DNA from: Acidobacteria bacterium 13_1_40CM_65_14
Lineage (GTDB): Bacteria > Acidobacteriota > Vicinamibacteria > Vicinamibacterales > CAVVIG01
DNA: 50,310 nt
Assembly (NCBI GenBank): GCA_001917905.1
Contig: MNEX01000282.1
Span: 1 to 50,310, forward strand
Direction: 5' to 3'
A program made the translations under genes and the position numbers. Every line of letters starts with the position of its first letter. Positions within the stretch are counted from its first letter, which is position 1. The notes under the pieces were generated by a model. That model made no database searches. It was not told where the DNA came from and was given only the letters and a program-made list of their open reading frames with translations. Below are positions 1-8,900 of this stretch, in pieces.

Positions 1-978
1 CGTCGAGTTGGTCGCCGTTTGATCGGCCCCAGCGCTCGCGAGGATCGGATTGCCGCGCGCTTCCGACCAGTACGTCGTCGTCACGCCGGCGAGAAACAGG
101 AACGCCATCGCGGCCCACACCGCCCAGCCGTGCCGGCGAGAGCCGGTCATGTCGCCGAGCGTGTAGGTGAGGCCTGCCGAGATCGCGAAGATCGCGAACA
201 TCTCGATGAAGTTCGAGAGCGGCGTCGGGTTCTCGAACGGATGCGCGCTGTTCGCGTTGAAGAACCCGCCGCCGTTGGTGCCCCACTCCTTGATGATTTC
301 CTGTGACGCGACGGGACCTTGCGCAATCAGTTGCTCCTTCGCATCGATCGGCGTGACCTTGTCGTAAGGCCGCAGGTTCTGCACGACGCCCTGCGAGACC
401 AGCAGGAGCGCGCCGACGATGCAGAACGGCAACAGGACCCAGAGCGTGCAGCGGACCAGATCGACCCAGAAGTTGCCGATCGCGTCCTGTTCCTGCTGCG
501 CGATGCCACGGATGAAGGCGACCGCGAGCGAGATGCCGACGGCCGCCGACACGAAATTGTGATACGCGAGTCCGGCCATCTGCGTCAGATAGCTCATCGT
601 CGACTCGCCGCTGTACGCTTGCCAGTTCGTGTTGGTCGTGAACGACGCGGCGGTGTTGAAGGCGAGGTACGGCTCGACGCCGCCGAGCTGTTGCGGATTC
701 CACGGCAGCCGCCCTTGCACACGCTGCATCACATACAGCACCAGCATCGACACGGCGCTGAACAACAGCATCGCGGACGCGTACTCGGTCCATCGCATCT
801 GCCGCGCATCGTCGACGCCCGTCGTGCGATAGATGAGCCGTTCAATCGGACGAAGGAGCGGGTCCAGCCACGTCCGTTGCCGCGTGAAGACCTTCGTCAT
901 GAACCGCCCGAGCAGCGGCGTGACGGCGAGGATCGCGAGCAGGAAGAATCCGATTTGAAGCCAGCCGTTGGCAGTCAT
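1..978 (-). CDS. kdpA: Potassium-transporting ATPase subunit A (5' part; runs off the window edge)
   Basis: Missing from the ORF track. Manual translation from ATG 978 gives MTANGWLQIGFFLLAILAVTPLLGRFM...AFNTAASFTTNTNWQAYSGESTMSYLTQMAGL...WGTNGGGFFNANSAHPFENPT, which are KdpA signature motifs. Confidence 0.96.
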   Translation of the reverse strand, partial: MTANGWLQIGFFLLAILAVTPLLGRFMTKVFTRQRTWLDPLLRPIERLIYRTTGVDDARQMRWTEYASAMLLFSAVSMLVLYVMQRVQGRLPWNPQQLGGVEPYLAFNTAASFTTNTNWQAYSGESTMSYLTQMAGLAYHNFVSAAVGISLAVAFIRGIAQQEQDAIGNFWVDLVRCTLWVLLPFCIVGALLLVSQGVVQNLRPYDKVTPIDAKEQLIAQGPVASQEIIKEWGTNGGGFFNANSAHPFENPTPLSNFIEMFAIFAISAGLTYTLGDMTGSRRHGWAVWAAMAFLFLAGVTTTYWSEARGNPILASAGADQTATNST

Positions 979-1008
979 CTTTGTTTCTCGCGGGACACAT
1001 CTATCACG

Positions 1009-1106
1009 CGCGTGGGGCCCCACCCCCACGCGTTCGGCTCAAGGCTGCCCCCGCTCGCTGACACGCTCGCACCGTGGTGCTCGCGTGTATCCAGAACAGA
1101 ACGTCG
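1009..1106. repeat. GGGGCCCCACCCCC-core hairpin repeat, subfamily A
   Basis: Core at 1014-1027. The tail ctgacacgctcgc..gtgg..ctcgcgtgtatc.agaacagaacg is shared with the copy at 33738-33809 (inverted) and resembles the copies at 27368-27515. Confidence 0.85.
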
Positions 1107-1114
1107 CCACGGGC

Positions 1115-1204
1115 TCAGAATCGTTCCGGCCGGAGCAGCGCGACCGTGAGATAGACGAGCAGCCCCACGGTCACGATCAGGCCGACAATGTAGTCCACGG
1201 TCAT
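1115..1204 (-). CDS. kdpF: K+-transporting ATPase subunit F (29 aa)
   Basis: MTVDYIVGLIVTVGLLVYLTVALLRPERF has one TM helix and the C-terminal PERF motif. It has a GGAGG SD and lies directly upstream of kdpA. Confidence 0.93.
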   Translation of the reverse strand: MTVDYIVGLIVTVGLLVYLTVALLRPERF

Positions 1205-1299
1205 TGCGAACCTCCGCGCAGGCGATCACAACCGACGACGTAGGCGACGCCGATTGCGAAGAATGCCACCGTGCCCAGAACGAACAGCACATCCAACAT
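1201..1299 (-). CDS. Small hydrophobic peptide (32 aa) upstream of kdpF
   Basis: MLDVLFVLGTVAFFAIGVAYVVGCDRLRGGSQ. AGGA lies 5 nt upstream, and the stop overlaps the kdpF start (ATGA coupling). Confidence 0.75.
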   Translation of the reverse strand: MLDVLFVLGTVAFFAIGVAYVVGCDRLRGGSQ

Positions 1300-1306
1300 A
1301 GCGGTC

Positions 1307-2839
1307 CTATCGTGAAAGGACGCCGTCGAACGTCAGAATCACGGCGACCCCGAAGAGCTGCTGCGTGGGCGTCAAACCAACCTCGTCGAAGAACCCACCG
1401 GCCGGCCCGCGCGAGTCGTCGACACGATACTCGCCGCGAACGATCGCCTGCGCGCCGCGATAGGCCTTGCGGTACTCGACTGTTGCCGTCAGCGCCTTCA
1501 CCGACTGCTCGCCACCGATCCAACGACCGTCGCGATCCCAGGCGAGCTCCGGACGGACAGTCAGCGACCACGGCTCTTGCACGCGCCAACGTACCGGCGC
1601 CTGAGCGGCCATCCACAACGCTCGTGGATCACCCGCGGTCGCGACATCCTCCGTGCCGAGCTGGTACTCGAACGCCATCGTCGCGGTGTCAGTCTTGCGT
1701 TCGACGATGCTGTCAGAGAAAAAGCGCCAGAACTTCGGCGCGGTCTCGGACTGATGCGGGCCGTACAACAACGTTTCTTTGACCGTCACACGATCGGTGA
1801 GTTTGTACGCGATCTGCGCGCCCGAGCTCGGCACGCTGTTCGCGTTCGCGAGATGCCAGTAGCCGTTCACAACGAACCCGGTCAGGGTCAGTCGGGACGT
1901 GACGGGATAGGCGACGTTTGCGCCGAGCATCAAATACGGCGTGTAGTCGCCCGTCCACGGACGCGTGTACGTCAGGTTGTCTTTGGCGTACAGCGAGTCG
2001 TAGCCGATCAGGCTGCTGAAGATGCCGCCCTGGATCGTGAGCCCGCTGCCGACCGGCGCGATGTACGACGCGTTGGTCGGGCCCAGATGCCGCAACCAAT
2101 CGGCGCCGGCGATGTTCGGCGCGGTCGCCGAGAAGCCGAACACCTTCGAATCCTGACCCGTTTGTCCTGTCGCCTCGATCCCCCAGCGCGAGGATTCGGA
2201 CGCGATCTTTCTCACGTACGCGCCCGCCATGTTCACGTCGAGCTCATCGACGCGCGGCGTGGTGCCACGATTGCGAAACAGATGGTTCGACGGATGGTTG
2301 AAGTCGTTCGCGTATGCGATGTCGACGAACCCGCCGTACTGGATCGTCATGTCGGGCGCCTGTGCGAAGACCACGTGAGCGCACGACAGCAGAATCGCAA
2401 GCGCGGCCGCGGCGCCGAGCGCGATGCGGCGGCCGCTCGCACACGGACCGGTTGCCGCGAACACCACGTGATACCCTTTTCGGCTGAGCTGATTGGCGAA
2501 GCGCTCTTCAGGTGACATGCGCCATCGACAGCTCGGCCCGCCGACGACCACCGTCGCCTCGGCGCTGATCAGTCGATCGATGAGGTCGCGAATCGAGCGG
2601 CACAGGCAAATCTGCACGTGGCCGTTGCCCTCGAGCGCGTCGATCAGCTGGCGATATCTGTCGGCAGCCACGTCGGTCATATCCGCGGGCGCGTCATCCG
2701 GCAGCTCGTAGCGCGCGATGCGGGGCACGACGATGGTCAGCCGGGCGCCTCTTCCCTTGGCCAGCGGCACAGCGGTTTCGATGGCGGCTCGCGTCCCTTC
2801 GTACGTCGTCGCGATCACCTGAACGGATGGCTTGAACAT
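1307..2839 (-). CDS. Outer-membrane beta-barrel (porin-like) protein with an N-terminal USP-like domain
   Basis: Probable start is ATG 2839 (GGAG upstream). The first ~130 aa are homologous to ORF 5419-5814. A signal-peptide-like segment (RRIALGAAAALAILLSCAHVVFA-Q) follows, then an amphipathic beta-strand body (GGFVDIAY, GIFSSLIGYDS, FVVNGYWH, RGEYRVD). Confidence 0.8.
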   Translation of the reverse strand: MFKPSVQVIATTYEGTRAAIETAVPLAKGRGARLTIVVPRIARYELPDDAPADMTDVAADRYRQLIDALEGNGHVQICLCRSIRDLIDRLISAEATVVVGGPSCRWRMSPEERFANQLSRKGYHVVFAATGPCASGRRIALGAAAALAILLSCAHVVFAQAPDMTIQYGGFVDIAYANDFNHPSNHLFRNRGTTPRVDELDVNMAGAYVRKIASESSRWGIEATGQTGQDSKVFGFSATAPNIAGADWLRHLGPTNASYIAPVGSGLTIQGGIFSSLIGYDSLYAKDNLTYTRPWTGDYTPYLMLGANVAYPVTSRLTLTGFVVNGYWHLANANSVPSSGAQIAYKLTDRVTVKETLLYGPHQSETAPKFWRFFSDSIVERKTDTATMAFEYQLGTEDVATAGDPRALWMAAQAPVRWRVQEPWSLTVRPELAWDRDGRWIGGEQSVKALTATVEYRKAYRGAQAIVRGEYRVDDSRGPAGGFFDEVGLTPTQQLFGVAVILTFDGVLSR

Positions 2840-2859
2840 TCGCGCGCGCTCCAACACCC

Positions 2860-2914
2860 ACGTTAGGAGGCGCGCGCTAAAGGCGGCTTGAAAAGGTCCT
2901 AAAAAATCGCTAAA
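2860..2914 (-). promoter_or_regulatory. Putative KdpE-dependent promoter: four 11-bp-phased boxes plus -10
   Basis: On the + strand CTAAA/TTGAA/CTAAA/CTAAA start at 2877, 2888, 2899 and 2910. The minus-strand -10 TAACGT is at 2865-2860. Confidence 0.65.
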
Positions 2915-3147
2915 CCACCGCGGACGAAAGAACCGTCGAGCTTCTCGTCGTTTTCAGCGACTTCTTCGAGGTCTTCAGCGTTACATAGGTCGCCGCCTTC
3001 TATGCTGGAGACATGGAAATCGAAACAGACCATCGCGTTCCTTCAAGCGTCGTCGCCGCCACATAGACCCGCAGTCGCTTTGACCCATCGCCTATCTATG
3101 GCATCCGGTGCGCCACGATCGGTTCTCGCCCAAGCAGCCATGCGTGC

Positions 3148-3202
3148 AGCATAGAAAGCGACGCCTCAAGTCGGGCGAAAAGGTGCCTATGAAGCCGCTT
3201 AA
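3148..3202 (-). promoter_or_regulatory. Degenerate third copy of the phased-box promoter
   Basis: Boxes CTCAA/CGAAA/CTATG/CTTAA start at 3165, 3176, 3187 and 3198. The -10 TATGCT at 3153-3148 has the same spacing as in the other two copies. Confidence 0.45.
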
Positions 3203-3203
3203 A

Positions 3204-5426
3204 TCAGCGTCCCGTGTGTTGCTTCAGCTTTGACAGCAAGGCATCGCGTCGCTCGGTTGACAGACCGGCCGCCAGCTCGCGGAGTGCTGTGCTCACGATA
3301 TCCCGGTGATGGACCTGCGGTCCGATCGTTTTGTACGCGTCGAGCCATAGCTCATGGATTAACTCGACGTCCCCCGGAGCCAGTTCCGGCGCGTGCACGC
3401 CCAGGCTGAACGTGTCGCGCCGATTATCGCTGCAGTACACGACGAGCCGGACTTGTCGAGTGCGAGTGCCGGGAATCTTGTCCCAGGCCTCACCGATGAG
3501 CCGCGACTGCTCCCGGGCAGGCAGCATCGCCGATTCTCCCATCGCGATCTCCGAGGAGTGCAGCCGAAACGCCGTCTGAGCGATCGCGCTGTACGGATCG
3601 CCGGACGGAACAATCAGCAGCCGCACGGGCCGTCCCTCCCGCTCGGCGACAGACACGACCTTCGTGAACAGGAGCTGCTCGTAGTCGGTGAACAGCTCTT
3701 CTCGTTGAAAATCCTGACTGCCTGCGTCCGGTCCGCGCATCACTCGCACCGTCATCACGACAATGTCGCGTGCCTTGACTTCGCGAAGGGCCGTGGCCAA
3801 ATGCGTGAGCGTGTTGTAATCACGGACCGGAACGAGGACGTTCCCCGGCTCGACGGCCACGTCTTGCTGGCTGATTTCGGGCGCGGACACGAGCTGGAAC
3901 TGGTCGAGCTCCGACGCGGTCGCACGTTGGCGCGCGGTTCGGCGTTCAGACGCGACAAACGAGCCGTAGAGCACCAGCGTAAAGGTGACCCCTGAAATCG
4001 TTGCGACCTCTTTGGTCAAGAGGTTGACCGCTGCGGCGGCAAACAACATGACCGTGATGAGCGCTAGACCGATCGGCAACTCGAGCCGGCCGACCTGAAC
4101 GTTCAGTGGCACTTTCCATTCACGGTGTCCCGGTTCCTTGTATCGAAGCACGAGGACCGCGAGCGCCTTGAACGCAAAACTCCAGACCACCCCGAACGCG
4201 TACGCCTCTCCGAGCACGTACACGTTTCCGCGGCTGAGAACGATCGTGACGAGCTGCAGACCGGCGATCAGATTGATGATCCGGTAATTCGTCCCGAATC
4301 GTCGGTGCGGCCGCCGGAACCACGCCGGCAGCACGCCATCCTCCGACACCCTGCTCAGCACTCCTCCCGATCCCACGATCGACGTATTCACGGCGCCCGC
4401 GAGGATAAGAAAGCCCACGACCACCACGAAGGCCTGGAACACGAGCCGTAGCCACAGCGGACCAACCAGATGCATCGCCAAGCCGGAGATGAGGTTGTCG
4501 TAGAACTTCGGACGCACCGAATCGGGAATCAATGCGACCGCGAAGAAGCTGACGAGAGACGTGAACGTGAGGCTATACAGGAAGATGACCAGCCCTGTTC
4601 GCTCGAGGTTCTTGACCTTGGGCTGCTCGATCTCGCGGTACACCTGGGCCAGCGACTCCTCGCCGCTCATCGCGAGAATCGAGTGGCCGAATCCGACGAG
4701 AATCGCGATCGCGGTGAACGACGGCCAGCGCGTCCCCTTGAACCACCCGAGGGCGTCGTCCGAGAAACGCAAATTCCGCGGCACCGGGGCAGGCGGCAAC
4801 TGTCCGCCGCGCGCCAGCAGCGTGAGCACGCACCACGCGACGAGGATCACCACCATCACGGTTGTCACTTGCATGATTCTGAGCGCGTCGTCGCTCGACT
4901 CGTGCAGTCCGCGTGTGTTGCGCCACCAGAAGTAGACGGTAATCAATGTCGCGAAAAGCGCCGCCGTTTGGTTGTAGGGAACGGTGACGTGAATCCCGAT
5001 TCTCCCGAACAGATCATTCACGAGCCCGGCGATGTACTGGCCTGCCGAGACGCCGCTGATGGGACCCGTCAGCACGTAGTCGAACATGAGGGCGGACACC
5101 GATAGCTTCGCCATCGTGCCGCCCATCGCCTCCTTGACCACGCGATACACACCGCCCCGGACGAACATCGCCGAGCTTTCGATGTACACGGCGCGGACGG
5201 CGTACGAAAACAGCATCACGCCGAGCACGAACCACGGCGCCGACTTGCCGACAGCCTGCTCGGAAATGCCACCGACGTAATACGCGGTCGAGCCCAGATC
5301 GCTCAACACGATTGCGGCGGCGCGCCAGAAGGAAATGAAGGAAAGAAGGACGGTTGTGGCGAGAACAACCTGAACGCGGCCCGACGAGGATGGAATCGTT
5401 GGCGTCGCGGCCGCGCCGTCAGACAT
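3204..5426 (-). CDS. APC-superfamily permease (KimA/KUP-related) with a C-terminal cytoplasmic USP-like domain
   Basis: 740 aa with many hydrophobic TM segments. Motifs DLGSTAYY, GGVYRVVKEAMG, SGEESLAQ, AVNT, LGEAYAFGVVW, followed by a soluble C-terminal domain (NVLVPVRD). Confidence 0.88.
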   Translation of the reverse strand: MSDGAAATPTIPSSSGRVQVVLATTVLLSFISFWRAAAIVLSDLGSTAYYVGGISEQAVGKSAPWFVLGVMLFSYAVRAVYIESSAMFVRGGVYRVVKEAMGGTMAKLSVSALMFDYVLTGPISGVSAGQYIAGLVNDLFGRIGIHVTVPYNQTAALFATLITVYFWWRNTRGLHESSDDALRIMQVTTVMVVILVAWCVLTLLARGGQLPPAPVPRNLRFSDDALGWFKGTRWPSFTAIAILVGFGHSILAMSGEESLAQVYREIEQPKVKNLERTGLVIFLYSLTFTSLVSFFAVALIPDSVRPKFYDNLISGLAMHLVGPLWLRLVFQAFVVVVGFLILAGAVNTSIVGSGGVLSRVSEDGVLPAWFRRPHRRFGTNYRIINLIAGLQLVTIVLSRGNVYVLGEAYAFGVVWSFAFKALAVLVLRYKEPGHREWKVPLNVQVGRLELPIGLALITVMLFAAAAVNLLTKEVATISGVTFTLVLYGSFVASERRTARQRATASELDQFQLVSAPEISQQDVAVEPGNVLVPVRDYNTLTHLATALREVKARDIVVMTVRVMRGPDAGSQDFQREELFTDYEQLLFTKVVSVAEREGRPVRLLIVPSGDPYSAIAQTAFRLHSSEIAMGESAMLPAREQSRLIGEAWDKIPGTRTRQVRLVVYCSDNRRDTFSLGVHAPELAPGDVELIHELWLDAYKTIGPQVHHRDIVSTALRELAAGLSTERRDALLSKLKQHTGR

Positions 5427-5814
5427 TCGCGAACACCACCTCGTGACCGTGCCGTTTCAGGCGCGCGGCCAGGCGCTCCGCGGCCGTCGGCCACCACCAG
5501 CGATGTCGGCCGCCGATGACGACGTGAGCGCGACGACCGAGCATCAACCGGAAAACATCATGCCGACGCCGGCAGAGGCAGACCCGGACCACGACCTCGA
5601 GTCCCATACTCGACGCGAGGGCGCGGTACCGATCGGTGATCGCGGCTGCGTCGCTCGCGGCGGAAAAAGTTTCGAAGCGAGGCACGACGTGGGGGATGAG
5701 CAGAAGGAGACGCCCATCGGATCCGTTGACGAGGCGTGCCGCCTCGCTGAGCGCGCGGCGGGTTCCCTCGTCAGTCGTCGCGACGACGTGGAGTCCGCGG
5801 GAAACAGGGACCAC
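5419..5814 (-). CDS. Small USP-like protein (CLCR and GG..WW motifs)
   Basis: 131 aa with a USP-like alpha/beta pattern. It overlaps the next gene by 8 bp and is a paralog of the porin N-terminal domain. The GTG start lies 7 nt after a -10, suggesting a leaderless transcript. Confidence 0.75.
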   Translation of the reverse strand: MVPVSRGLHVVATTDEGTRRALSEAARLVNGSDGRLLLLIPHVVPRFETFSAASDAAAITDRYRALASSMGLEVVVRVCLCRRRHDVFRLMLGRRAHVVIGGRHRWWWPTAAERLAARLKRHGHEVVFANV

Positions 5815-5820
5815 GATTCC

Positions 5821-5875
5821 ACGGTATGAAGCGCCGACTAAAACCGGCCAAAAAAATCCCTAAAGAAACGCTAAG
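5821..5875 (-). promoter_or_regulatory. Putative KdpE-dependent promoter: four 11-bp-phased boxes plus -10
   Basis: CTAAA/CAAAA/CTAAA/CTAAG start at 5838, 5849, 5860 and 5871. The minus-strand -10 TACCGT is at 5826-5821. Confidence 0.65.
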
Positions 5876-5908
5876 CGGCCAGTCGCTCACTCGTCCTCGC
5901 CGGGCACA

Positions 5909-5962
5909 GCGGTAACCGACCCACGGCTCGCTGAGCAGGTAGCAAGGATGGGCTGGATCGGT
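5909..5962 (-). pseudogene. Relic of a second kdpE 3' end
   Basis: Translates as [18 protein letters not shown], against [18 protein letters not shown] at the C-terminus of the intact KdpE. Confidence 0.8.
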
Positions 5963-8900
5963 TCAGAGCAGCGTGCCGCGCAGAATGACGAGACCCACGG
6001 AGAAGTAAATGATCAGCCCCGTGACGTCGACCAGCGTCGCGACAAACGGCGCTGACGAAGCCGCGGGATCGAAACCGAGGCGCCGCAGGCCGAACGGCAG
6101 CAGCGATCCAACGAGCGTGCCCCACAACACGACGCCGATCAACGCGAGCGCCACGGTGATCGCGACGAGCAGCCAGTGCGCGCCGTAAATGGTCGAGAAC
6201 GCGGACCACACCGTGATCCGCAGGAAGCCGATCGTCCCGAGGATGCCGCCCAGCGCGAGCCCCGCGCCGATTTCACGCCGCATCACGCGCCACCAGTCGC
6301 CCAGCGTCACCTCGCCGAGCGCCAGCGCGCGAATGACGAGCGTCGACGCCTGCGAACCGGAGTTGCCGCCGCTCGAGATGATGAGCGGCACGAACAGCGC
6401 GAGCACGACCGCCTTCTCGATCTCGTGCTCGAACGCGCCCATCGCGGTGGCCGTCAGCATCTCGCCGAGGAAGAGCGCCGTCAGCCAGCCCGCCCGCTTT
6501 TGAATCATCCGCCGAAACGCGATCTGCATGTACGGCTCGTCGAGCGCTTCCGAACCGCCGACGCGCTGGATGTCCTCGGTCGCTTCCTGCTCCGCCACGT
6601 CGAGCACATCGTCGACGGTGACGATGCCGATGAGGATGCCCGCCGAGTCGGTGACCGGCAGCGCCGTCCGATCCTCCGCGCGAAAGACGCGGACCGCCGT
6701 CTCCTGATCGTCGGTCGCTTTGAGCCCCACGAAGCGGCGGTCCATCAGGCTGGACACGAGATTCGCCGGAGACGTGAGCAGGAACTCGCGGATGCGGATG
6801 TCGTCGATGAGCAGGCCGCGGTCGTCGACGACGTAAATCACGTTGAGCGTCTCGCTGTCCTGACCGTGCGCGCGAATGTAGTCGAGCACCTGCGCAACCG
6901 ACCAGTCGGAGCGCACGGCGATGTAGTGCGGCGTCATCAGCCGCCCGATCGACCCTTCCGGATACCCGAGCAGGCGGACCGCGACGGCGCGCTCCTCCGG
7001 CGTGAGCAGCGCGAGCAGCTGCCGCGTCACTTCCGCGGGCAGCTCTTCGAGGAACATGGTGCGGTCGTCGGGCGCCATGTCGTTCAGCAGCGCGGCGGCT
7101 TCTTCGGAGGCCATCGCCTTGAGCAGCGCGTTCTGCGCGTCGGGCGAGAGGTAGGCGAACGTCTCGGCGGCCTGCTTGCGCGGCAGGATGCGGAAGACGA
7201 CCACCTGCTCGTCGAGCGACAGGTCGGTCAGGAGCGGCGCAAGATCGCTCGCCGGCTGATTCCGCAGCATGTCGCGCAACCGTCCGAAGTCGCGTTCGCG
7301 GATGACCGCCGCCAGTTCGTCCGCGGGCCGTGCCGTCTCGCGCGCGAGTTGGAGGATGGCATCCCGGTTGGGGCCGTTCAGTTGTTGTTCCATATAGATG
7401 AGGGCGGCGCGCACGACATCGCGATGGTGCACGCTGGGACCGACGGCTCTGACGACGTCCAGCCAGAGCCGATGGATGTGTTCGAAGTCTTCGGGCTGCA
7501 GCGCCGGCGCGTGCGCACCGAGGTGATAGGCGGCGGTCGTCCCGCGCGGATGATGCACGATGAGCCGGACATCGGCGCGCGCGTCTTGTGCGGCGCGCTC
7601 CCACGCGGCGCCGAGCAGGCGCGCCTGCTCATCCGCCGACAGCGTTTCGGATTCGCCGACGTGAATCTCGGATGAATCCAGCCGAATCGCCGTCTCGACC
7701 ACGGAGTCGAAGACGTTGACGCCCGGCACGATCATCAGCCGCACGGCGCGCCCTTCCCGCTCGGCGACCGCGATCACTGCGGACAGCAGCCGCCGCTCAT
7801 CCTCGGTGGCGCGCGGGCTGACGGTCGGGTCGTCCGGCACGTCGACGCCGACCAGACGGACGGTCATCGCGACGACGTCGCGATCGCCCGCGGCTCGAAG
7901 CGCGGCGACAAGATGCGTCATCGCGTGCGGCTTGCGCACGGGCACGAGGAAGTTGCCTGGACGAGCGTCGACCTGTCGCAGGTCGACGTCATCCGACGGC
8001 AGGAGCTGGAATTCGTCGAGGCCGGTCTGCGCGGCGGGTTGTGCCGCCAACCCGCGCTCCGACACGACGAGCACGAGCGCCAGTGCGATGACGAGCACCG
8101 CCGCGGCGAGCGACGGCGGATCGAGTGCCGCCAGCAGACCGGCACCCGGAACCAGGAGCACCACCGCGAGGGCGATGAGTCCGATCGGCCACTCAACGCC
8201 TCTCAGCGTGAGATTGAAGGGCACACGATAGGCGCGCGGCTCGCGGCGAACGAAGCGATATCGCACGAGCGCTGCGACCTTGAGTACCGCGCTGCACACG
8301 ACGGCGACGGCGTACACGCGGGCCAGCCACCCGACGTCGCCGTCCGAGACGAGGAGTACCGCGAGCTGCGCAACGGCGGTCGCGTCGATGATCCGCCACG
8401 GTGTGCCGAAGCGGTGATGAAGCGCGCGGAACCCCTCGCCGAGTACGCCTTCGTCGACCAGACGCGCGAGCGCGCCGTGACCGCCCGTCGCGGCCGCTCG
8501 CACGGTCGCCGCGAGAAACACGACGGCCGCGACGGCGACCGCCGTCAACATCGTGAAGCGAAGCCACGCCGGGGCGGCCAGCGTCAGCGCGAGGGCGGCC
8601 AGCGGCGCCGACGTCCACGCACTTCGCTCGGCTTCGGGAACCAGACCGGCGACCAGGAACGCGCTCGCCGCGATGATGAACAAGGCGTACGCGCCAACGA
8701 GGCGCGCCACGCGGAGCAGGTTCTTGATCCGCGGCTGTTCCAGATCGAGCGCGGCGAGGCCGAGCGCGTCGACGCCGCCGAGGCACGGCAGCGCATAGCC
8801 GAGCGCCGCGGCCAGCCACAGAGGGTGTGCCGCCGGCCGAGACGGCAACAGCGACAATCCCGAATCGCGAAACGCGATCGTCGCCGCGGCCCACACCACG

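Noticed and set aside
319-1149. 276-aa + strand ORF and similar long antisense ORFs (6176-7675, 7913-9532, 11688-13487, 23218-24903, 35907-37334)
   Set aside because: Shadow frames opposite well-supported genes in GC-rich DNA. They are Arg/His-rich with no recognisable motifs.
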